In this document: in pieces, positions 54,201 to 64,000 of the stretch
Position numbering within the stretch: the stretch's first letter is position 1
How the letters are laid out: every line of letters begins with the position of its first letter
Assembly (NCBI RefSeq): GCF_009914755.1
Contig: NC_060937.1
Source of the DNA: the human T2T-CHM13v2.0 reference genome, Homo sapiens
Strand: one strand, 5' to 3'
Length of the DNA: 64,000 bases
Translations under genes and position numbers: made by a program
Notes under the pieces: model-generated
Told to the model about the DNA's origin: nothing
What the model saw: only the letters and a program-made list of their open reading frames with translations
The model's database searches: none

Positions 54201-57200
54201 GCACACATTACAAAATTATCTGAGAATGCTTCTGTGAAGTATTTATGAGAAGATATTTCCTTTTTCACCATAGGCCTGAAGGAGCACCAAATGTTCACTT
54301 GCAGATTCTATATAAAGAGTGTTTCAAAACTGCTCTATCAAAAGAAAGGTTCAACTCTGAGTTGAACGAACACATCACCAATAAATTTCTGATAATTATT
54401 CCATCCACTTTTTATGTGAAGGTATCCCCTTTCCAATGACTGCCTCAAAGCGGTCCAAATATCCACTTACACATTCTACAAAAAGAGTGTTTCAAAACTG
54501 CTCTATTAAAAGAAAGTTTCAACTCTGTGAGGTGAATGTACACATCACAAAGAAGTTTCTGAGAATGCTTCTGCCTAGTTTTTATGTGAAAATATTTTCT
54601 TTTTCACCATAGGCTTCAAAGCACTCCAATTGTCCACTTGCAAATAGTTTAAAAAGAGTGTTTCAAAATTGCTCTATCAAAAGAAAGGTTGAACTCTGTG
54701 GGTTGAATGCACACATCACAAAGAAGTTTGTGAGAATGCTTCTGTCTAGTTTTTATGTGAAGATACTTCGTTTTTCACTATAGGCCCCAAAGGGCTCCAA
54801 ATGTCCAGTTGCAGATTCTACAAAGAGAGTGTTTCAAATCTGCTCTATCAAAAGAAAGGTTCAACTCTGTGAGTTGAATGCACACATCACAAGGAAGATT
54901 CTGAGAATGCTTCTGTCTAGTTTTTATGTGAAGATAGTTCCTTTTACACCTTAGGCCTCAAGGAGCTCCAAATGTCCACTTGCAGATTCTACAAAAGGAA
55001 TGTTTCAAAACTGCTCTATCAAAAGCAAGGTTCAATTCTTTGAGATGAACGCACACATCACAAAGGAGTTTCTGGGAATGCTTCTGTCTAGTTTTTAAGT
55101 GAAGATGTTCCTTTTCCAATGAAGGCCTCAAAGCCGTCCAAATATCCACTTGCAAATTCTTCAAAAAGAGTGTTTCAAAACTGCTCAATGAAAAGGAATG
55201 TTCAACTCTGTGAGTTGAAAGCAAACGTCACAAAGAAGTTACTGAGAATGCTTCTGTTTAGTTTTTATGTGAAGATATTTCCTTTTTCACCATAGGCTTC
55301 AAAGCGCTCCAAATGTCCACTTTCAGATTCTACAAAAAAAGTGTTTCAAAACTGCTGTATGAAAAGAAAAGTTGAATTCTCTGAGTTGAATGCACACATC
55401 TGAAAAATGTTTATGAGAATGCTTCTGTGAAGTTTTTATGTGAAGATATTTCCTTTTTCACTGTAGGTATCAAAGAGCTCCAAACGTCCACTTGCGGATT
55501 CTACAAAAAGAGTGTTTCAAAACTGCTCTATCAAAAGAAATGTTCAATTCTGTGAGTTGAATGCACACATCACAAAGAAGTTCCTGAGAATGCTTCTGGG
55601 TAGTTTTTGTGTGAAGATATTTCCTTTTTCACCATAGGATTCAAAGCGTTCCAAATGTCCACTTGCAGATTCTACAAAAAATGTGTTTCAAAATTGCCCT
55701 ATCAAAAGAAAGGCTCAACTCTGTGAGTTGAATGCATACATTCCAAGGAAGATTCTGAGAATGCTTCTGTCTAGTTTTTATGTGAAGATATTTCCTTTGT
55801 CACTTCAGGCCTCAAAGTGCACCAAATGTCCACTTGCAGATACTACAAAAAGAATGTTTCCAAACTGCACTATCAGAAGAACGGTTTAACTCTGATAGTT
55901 GAATGCACACATCACAAAGAAGTTTCTGAGAATGCTTCTGTCTAGTTTTTGTGAAGATATCCCAATTCTCAAGAATGCCTCAAAGTGGTCAAAATACCCA
56001 CTTGTAAATTCTACAAAAAGAGTGCTTCAAAACTGCTGTATGAAAAGGAATGTTCAACTCTGTGAGTTGAATGCAACCAACACAAAGAAGTTTCTGAGAA
56101 TGCTTCTGTGTAGTTTTTAGGTAAAGATATTTCCTTTTTCACCATAGGCCTCAAAGTGCTCCAAATGTCCAGTTGCAGATATTTCAAAAAGATTGTTTCA
56201 AAACTACTCTATCAAAAGAAAGGTTCAACTCTGTGAGTTGAATGCACACAGCACAAAGAAGTTTCTGGGAATGCTTCTGTCTAGTTTTTATGTGAAGATA
56301 TTTCCTTTTTCACCATTAGCCTCAAAGCACTCAAATGTCCACTTGCAGATTCTAAAAAAAAGAGTGTTTCAAAACTTCTCTATCAAAAGAAAGGTTCAAA
56401 ACTTTGAGTTGAATGCACACATCCCAAAGAAGTTTCTGGCAATGCCTCTTTCTAGTTTTTATGTGAAGATATTCCTTTTCCAATGAAGGTCTCCAAGCCG
56501 TCCAAATATTCAATTGCAAATTCTACAAAAATAGTGTTTCAAAACTGCTCTATGAAAAGCAATGTTCAACTTGTGAGTTGAAAGCAAACATCACAAAGAA
56601 TTTTCTGAGAATCCTTCTGTGTAGTTTTAATGTGAAGATGTTTCCTTTTTCACCATAGGCTTCAAAGTGCTTCAAATGTCTACTTGCAGATTCTACAAAA
56701 AGAGTGTTTCAAAACTACTCTATCAAAAGAAAGGTTCAACCTTTTGAGTTGAATCCACACCCCACAAAGAAGTTAATGGGAATGCTTCTGTCTAGTTTTT
56801 GTGAAGATATCCCTTTTCCAACGAAGTCCTCATATTGGTCCAAATATACACTTGCAAATTCGACAAAAAGAGTGTTTCAAAACTGCTTTATGAAAACGAA
56901 TGTTCAACTCTGTTAGTTGAAAGTGAACAACACAGGAAGTTTCTCAGAATGCTTCTGTGTAGTTGTTATGTCAACATATTTCCTTTTTCACCATAGCCCT
57001 CAAAGCACTCCAAATGTCCCCTTGCAGATTCTACAAAAAGAGGGTTTCAAAACTGCTCTATCAAAGAAGGCTTCAAAGCTGTACAAATATCCACTTGCAA
57101 ATTCTACAAAAAGTGTTTTTCAAAACTGCTCAATGAAAAGGAATGTTCACCTCTCTGAGTTGAAAGCAAAACACACAAAGAAGATTCTGAGAATGCTTCT

Positions 57201-57747
57201 GTCTGGTTTTTATGTGAAGATATTTCCTTTTTCACCATAGGCCTCAAAGCACTCCAAATGTCCACTTGCAGATTGAAAAAAAAAAGAGTGTTTCAAAACT
57301 GCTCTATCAAAAGAACGGTTCAAGTCTGTGAGTTGAATGCACACATCAAAAAGAAGTTTCTGAGAATGCTTCTATATATTTTTTGTGAAGATATCACATT
57401 TCTAATGAAGGCCTCAAAGCGATCCAAATATGCACTTGCAAATTCTTCAAAAAGAGTGTTTCAAACATCTCAATGAAAAGAAATGTTCAGATCCGTGTCT
57501 TGAATGCACACATCACAAAGAAGTTTGTGAGAATTGTTCTGTCTAGTTTTTATGTGAAGATACTTCGTTTTTCACTATAGGACCCAAAGGGCTCCAAATG
57601 TCCAGTTGCAGATCCTACAAAGAGAGTGTTTCAAAACTGCTCTATCAAAAGAAAGGTTCAACTCTGTGAGTTGAATGCACACATCAAAAGGAAGATTCTG
57701 AGAATGCTTCTGTCTAGTTTTTGTGTGAAGATATTTCCTTTTTCACC
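51231..57747 (-). repeat. Alpha satellite, divergent monomers; A/B type to ~52900, then mostly A-type with decayed B-like boxes
   Basis: 171-bp periodicity continues without the HOR markers. From ~53000 the A box reads TTTCCTTTTTCACCATAGG. No intact CENP-B core was seen. Confidence 0.95.
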
Positions 57748-60700
57748 TTTTTCACTCCATTCCACTCGAGTTGATGCCATTCCATATCATTGCACTCGAG
57801 GCTACTTCATTCCATTCCATTCCAATCCATTCTTTTCGTGTCCATTCAATTCAAATGCATTCCATTCCATTCCATTCCATTCCATTCCATTCCATTCCAT
57901 TCCATTCCATTCCATTCCATTCCATTTTACTCGAGTTGATTCCATTCCATTCTATTGCATTCCATTCCAATCCATTCCATTCCATTCCATTCCACTCCAG
58001 TTGATTCCATTCAATTCTATTGCATTGGAGGCCAGTTCATTCCATTCCATTCCTTTCCATTCTAATGCATTCCATTTCATTCCCTTCCAACCCATTCCAT
58101 TCCATTCCATTCCATTCCATTCCATTCCATTCCATTCCACTTGACTCCATACCATTTCATTCTATAGCATTCCATTCCATTCCATTCCATTCCATTTCAC
58201 TCCATTCCACTCGAGATGATTCCATTGCATTCTATTGCATTTGAGGCCACTCCTTTCCATTCCATTCCATTCCATTCTCTTCGGGTCCATTCAATTCAAA
58301 TGCATTCCATTCCATTCCATTCCAGTCGAGGTGATTCCATTCCATTCTATTGCATTCCATTCCATTCCATTGCATTCCATTCCATTCCATTCCATTCCAT
58401 TGCATTCCATTCCATTCCATTCCATTCCATTGCATTCCATTCCATTCCATTCCATTCCATTCCATTCCACTCGAGTTGATTCCATTCCATTCTAATGCAT
58501 TCCATTCCATTCCATTCCATTCCAACCCATTCCATTCCATTCCACTCGACTTGATTCCATTCCATTATATTGCATTCGAGGCCACTTCATTCGATTCCAT
58601 TCATTTCCATTCAATTCTTTTCGTGTCCATTCAATTCACATGCATTCCATTCCATTGCATTCCATTCCATTCCGTTCGAATCCATTCCATTCCATTCCAT
58701 TCCACTCAAGTGGATTCCATTCCATTCCATTCCATTCCATTGTATTCCATTCCATTCCACTGCATTCCATTCCATTCCATTCCATTGCATTCCATTCTGT
58801 TCCAGGTGAATTGATTCCATTCCATTCCATTCCATTCCATTCCATTGCATTCCATTCCATTCCACTGCAGTTGATACCATTCCATTCTATTGCATTTCAT
58901 TCCATTCCATTCCATTCCATTCTATTCCATTCCATTCCATTCTATTCCATTCCATTCCATTCCATTCCGTTCCATTTCACTCCATTCCACTCAAGATGAT
59001 TCCGTTGCAATCTAATCTATTGCATTCGAGGCCACTTCATTCCATTCCATTCCATTCCATTCTCTTCAGGTCCATTCAATTCAAATGCATTCCATTCCAT
59101 TCCATTCCAGTCAACTCGAGTTGATTCCATTCCATTCTATTGCATTGTACTGCATTCCATTCCATTCCATTCCATTCCATTCCATTCCATTCCATTCCAT
59201 TCCATTACATTCCATTCCACTCGAGTTGATTCCATTCCACTTTATAGCATTCCATGCCATTCCATTCCATTCCATTCCATTCCACTCGAGCTGATACCAT
59301 TCCATTCTATTGAATTCCATCCCATTCCATTCCATTCCATTCAATTCCACTCCATTCCATTCGAGATGATTCCATTGCAATCTATTGCATTCGAGTCCAC
59401 TTAATTCCATTCCATTCCATTCCATTCCATTCCATTCCATTCCATTCCATTCTCCTGGGTCCATTCAATTCAATTGCATTCGATTCAATTCAATTCCATT
59501 CCATTCCATTCCATTCAACTCGAGGTGATTCTGTTCCATTCTATAGCATTCCATTCCGTTCCATTCCACACCATTTCATTCCATTACATTCCATTACATT
59601 CATTCCATTCCAATCCATTCCATTCCACTCCATTTCATTCCATTTCATTCCACTCCATTCCATTCCATTCCATTCCATTCCACTCCATTCCATTCCATTC
59701 CATTCCATTCCATTCCACTCGAGTTGATTCCATTCCATTCTATTGCATTCCATTCCATTCCATTCAATTCCATTTCACTACATTCCACTTGAGATGATTC
59801 TATTGCAATCTATTGCAGTCGAGGCCACTTCATTCCATTCCACTCCATTCCATTCTCTTCGGGTCCATTCAATTAAAATGCTTTCCATTCCATTCCATTC
59901 CATTCCATTCAACTCGAGTTGATTCCATTCCATTCTATTGCATTCCATTCCATTCCGTTCCATTCCATTCCTTTCCATTCCATTGCATTCCATGCCATAC
60001 CACTCGAGATGATTCCATTCCAATCTATTGCATTCCATGCCATTCCTTTCCATTCCATTCCATTCCATTCCACTCGAGATACCATTCCATTCCTTTGCAG
60101 TCCATTCCATTCCACTCGAGATACCATTCCATTCCTTTGCATTCCACTAGAGATGATTCCATTCCATTCTATTGCATTCGAAGCCACTTCATTCCATTCC
60201 ATTCCATTCCAATCTCTTCAGGTCCATTCAATTCAAATGCATTCCATTCCACTCCATCCCATTCCATTCCAATCCATTCCATACCATTCCATTCGAGTTG
60301 ATTCCATTTCATTCTAATGCATTCCATTCCATTCTGTTCCATTCCATTCTATTCCACTCGAATTGATTCCATTCCATTCTATTGCATTCCATTCCATTCC
60401 ATTCCATTCCATTCCATTCCATTCTCTTCCATTCCATTCAACTCCATTCCATTCCACTTGAGTTGATTCCATTCCATTCTATTGCATTCCATTCCATTCC
60501 ATTCTATTCCATTCCACTCGAGTTGATACCATTCCATTCAATTGCATTGAATTTCATTCCATTCCATTCAATTGCATTGAATTTCATTCCATTCCATTCT
60601 GTTCCATTCCATTCCAATCCACTCGAGTTGATTCCATTCCACTCTAATGCATTCCATTCCATTCCATTCCATTCCATTCCATTCCATTCCATTCCATTCC

Positions 60701-63700
60701 ATTCCATTCCAATCGAGTTGATTCCATTTCATTCTATTGCATTGCATTCCATTCCATTCCATTCTATTCCATTACACTCGATTTGATTACGTTTCATTCT
60801 GTTGCATTCCATTCCATTTCATTCTATTCCACTCCATTCAACCCAAGTTGATTCCAATCCATTCTATTGCATTCGAGGCCACTTCTTTCCATTCCATTCC
60901 ATTCCATTCCATTCCATTATTTTCGGGTCCATTCAATTCAAATGCATTGCATTGCATTCCATTCCATTCCATTCCATTCCGTTACATTCCATTCCATTCC
61001 GCTCGAGTTTATTAAATTCCGTTCTCTTGCATTCTATTCCATTCCATTCCATTGCACTCGAGTTGATTCTATTCCATTCCATTCCATTTCATTCCATTCC
61101 ACTCGAGTTGATTCCATTCCATTCTATTGCATTCCATTCCATTCCATTCCATTCCATTCCTTTCCATTCCACTCGATTTGATACCAGTCAATTCTCCTGC
61201 ATTCCATTCCATTCTATTCCATTCCATTCCATTTCTTTCCATTCCATTCCATTCCACTCGAGAAGATTCCATTCCATTCTATTGCATTCAAGGCCACCTC
61301 ATTCCACTCAATTCCATTCCATTCCAATCCATTCCACTCTAATTGATTTCATTCCATTCTATTGCATTCCATTCCATTCCATTCCATTGCATTGCATTCC
61401 ATTCGAGTTGATTCCATTCCATTCCATTCCACTCGAGTTTATTCCTGTCCATTCTATTGCATTTGAGGCCACTTCATTCCATTCCATTCCATTCCATTCC
61501 ATTCCATTCCATTCCATTCCATTGCATTCCATTCCATTCCATTCCACTCCATTCCATTCCATTCCATTCCATTCCATTCCATTCCATTCCATTCCATTCC
61601 ATTCCATTCTATTGCATTCCATTCCATTCCATTCCACTCGAGTTGATTCTATTCCATTCTATGGCATTCCATTCCATTCCATTCAGTTCCTTTCCATTCC
61701 ACTCTAGTTGAATCCATTCCATTCTATTGCATTCCATTCCATTCCATTCCATTCCATTCCATTCCATTCCACTCGAGTAGATTCCATTCCCTTCCATTGC
61801 ATTCCATTCCATTAAATTCCATACCTCTCAAGTTGATTCCATTACATTCTATTGCATTATATTCCATTCCATTCCATTCCATTCAACTCCATTCCAACCG
61901 AGTTGTGTCCATTCCATTACATTGCATTCGAGGCCACTTCCTTCCATTCCATTCCATTCCATTCAAATTCTTTCGTGTCCATTCAATTCAAATGCATTTC
62001 TTTCCTTTCCATTTCATTGCATTCCAATCCATTCCATTCCACTCAAGTTGATTCCATTCCATTCCATACCAGTCGAGCTGATTCCTTTCCATTCTATTTC
62101 ATTCGAGGCCCCTTCATTCCATTCCATTCCTTTCTGTTCTATTGCATTCCATTTCACTGCATTGCAATCCATTCCATTCCATTCCATTCCATTGCAATCC
62201 ATTGCATTCCAGTCGAGTTGATTCCATTCTATTCCACTCCCTTCCAATGCATTCCATTCCATTCCATTCCATTCCATTCCACTCGAGTTGATACCTTTCC
62301 ATTCTATTGCATTCTATTGCATTCCATTCCATTCCATTCCATTCCATTCCATTCCATTCCATTTCACTTCATTCCACTCCATTCCATTCCATTCCATTTC
62401 ACTTCATTCCACTCGAGATGATTACATTACAATCTATTGCATTCGAGACCAATTCATTCCATTCCATTCCCTTCCATTCTCTTCGGGTCCATTCAATTCA
62501 AATTCAGACCATTAACTTCCATTCCATTCCAGTCCATTCCATTCAACTCGAGTTGGTTCTTTTCCATTCTATTGCATTCCATTCCATTCCATTCCATTCC
62601 TTTGCATTGCATTCCATTCCATTCCATTCCTTTGCATTCCATTCCATTCCATTCCATTCCATTCCTTTGCATTCCATTCCATTCCATTCCATACCACTCG
62701 AGTTGATACCTTTCCATTCTATTGCATTCCATTCCATTCCATTCCACTCAAGTTGACTCCATTCCACTCCATACCAGTCGAGCTTATTCCTTTCCATTCT
62801 ATTGCATTCGAGGCCCCTTCATTCCATTCCATTCCTTTCTGTTCTATTGCATTCCATTTCACTGCATTGCAATCCATTCCATTCCATTCCATTCCATTGC
62901 ACTCCATTGCATTCCAGTCGAGTTGATTCCATTCTATTCCACTCCCTTCCAAGGCATTTCATTCCATTCCATTCCATTCCATTCCATTCCATTCCATTCC
63001 ACTCGAGTTGATACCTTTCCATTCTATTGCATTCCATTCCATTCCATTCCATTCCATTTCACTTCATTCCACTCGAGATGATTACATTGCAATCTATTGC
63101 ATTCGAGACCAATTCATTCCATTCCATTCCCTTCCATTCTCTTCGGGTCCATTCAATTCAAATTCAGACCATTAACTTCCATTCCATTCCATTTCATTCC
63201 ATTAAACTCGAGTTGATTCTTTTCCATTATATTGCATTCCATTCCATTCCATTCCATTCCTTTGCATTCCATTCCATTCCATTCCACTCGAGTTGATTCC
63301 ATTCCATTCTATAGCATTCCATTCAATTCCATTGCATTCCATTCCATTCCATTTCATTCCTTTCCACTAGAGATGATTCCATTCCATTCTATTGCTTTCC
63401 AAGCCACTTCTTTCCATTCCATTCCATTCCAATCTCTTCGGGTCCATTCAATTAAAATGCATTCCATTCCATTCCATTCCATTCCATTCCATTCCATTCC
63501 ATTCCATTCGAGTTGATTCCATTTCATTCTAATGCATTCCATTCCATTCCAATACATTCCATTCCATTCCACTCGAGTTGATTCCATTCCATTCTATTGC
63601 ATTCCATTCCATTCCATTGCATTCCATTCCACTCGAGTTGATACCTTTCCATTCTATTCCATTTCATTCCATTCCATTCCATTCCATTCCATTCCATTCC

Positions 63701-64000
63701 ACTAGAGATGATTCCATTCCATTCTATTTATTTCGAAGCCACTTCATTCCATTCCATTCCATCCAATCTCTTCAGGTCCATTCCATTCAAATGCATTCCA
63801 TTCCATTCGATTCCATTCGATTCCGTTCCATTCCATTCTGTTCCATTCCATTCCATTCCATTCCATTCCATTCCAATCGAGTTGATTCCATTCCATTCCA
63901 TTCCATTCCATTCCATTCCACTCGATTTGATTCCATTCCATTCTGTTGCATTCCATTCCATTTCATTCTATTCCACTCCATTCAACACGAGTTGATTCCA
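57748..64000 (+). repeat. Human satellite 3 (HSat3), (CATTC)n on + strand, probably HSat3B-like; runs off the window
   Basis: CATTC pentamer runs interrupted by CCACTCGAGTTGATTCC (reverse CAACTCGAGT, close to the classical satellite III CAACCCGAGT 10-mer) and by a recurrent GCATTCGAGGCCACTTC...GGGTCCATTCAATTCAAATGC module. Subfamily is tentative. Confidence 0.96.

Noticed and set aside
25029-57476. Dozens of similar ORFs (FQNCSIKRKVQLCELNAHITKKFLRMLLSSFYVKIFPF), up to 258 aa, resembling a repeat-protein family
   Set aside because: 171 bp is 57 codons, so alpha satellite stays in frame across monomers. There is no promoter, splice or domain evidence, and the longest ORFs simply follow monomer duplications.
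57626-64000. IPFHS / MEWNG repeat ORFs, including the 301-aa ORF and the alpha-HSat3 fusion ORF at 57626-58144
   Set aside because: Pure (CATTC)n and (GAATG)n contain no stop codons in any frame; these are translation artefacts.
32460-64000. CRISPR-like or RT-associated repeat array next to a reverse transcriptase
   Set aside because: The repeats are contiguous eukaryotic satellites without unique spacers, there are no cas genes, and the RT is ordinary LINE-1 ORF2.

Overview
Primate (human or great-ape) pericentromeric heterochromatin with no intact protein-coding gene; almost all short ORFs in the track are translation artefacts of satellite DNA. Layout: (1) 1-988 alpha satellite on the minus strand, with a strand switch at ~988; (2) 989-19187 divergent, mostly monomeric alpha satellite on the plus strand, in several visibly different sequence layers; (3) 19190-25231 a near full-length but inactivated young LINE-1 (L1PA2/L1PA3 grade) on the minus strand; (4) 25232-57747 alpha satellite on the minus strand with mixed A/B-box monomers (SF5-like), containing a small, very homogeneous higher-order repeat (HOR) array at ~32460-51230 (21-monomer base unit, about 5.3 copies, with 19/20/22-mer variants); (5) 57748-64000 human satellite 3, (CATTC)n with CAACTCGAGT-type interruptions. 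I see no new gene system. The most interesting signals are structural: the L1 has non-matching flanks and sits exactly on an alpha-satellite strand and family switch, and the mini-HOR records a centre-outward expansion, an unequal crossover, a gene-conversion tract and one tandem pair of intact CENP-B boxes per unit. All offsets were counted by eye or taken from the ORF track; no alignment was run.
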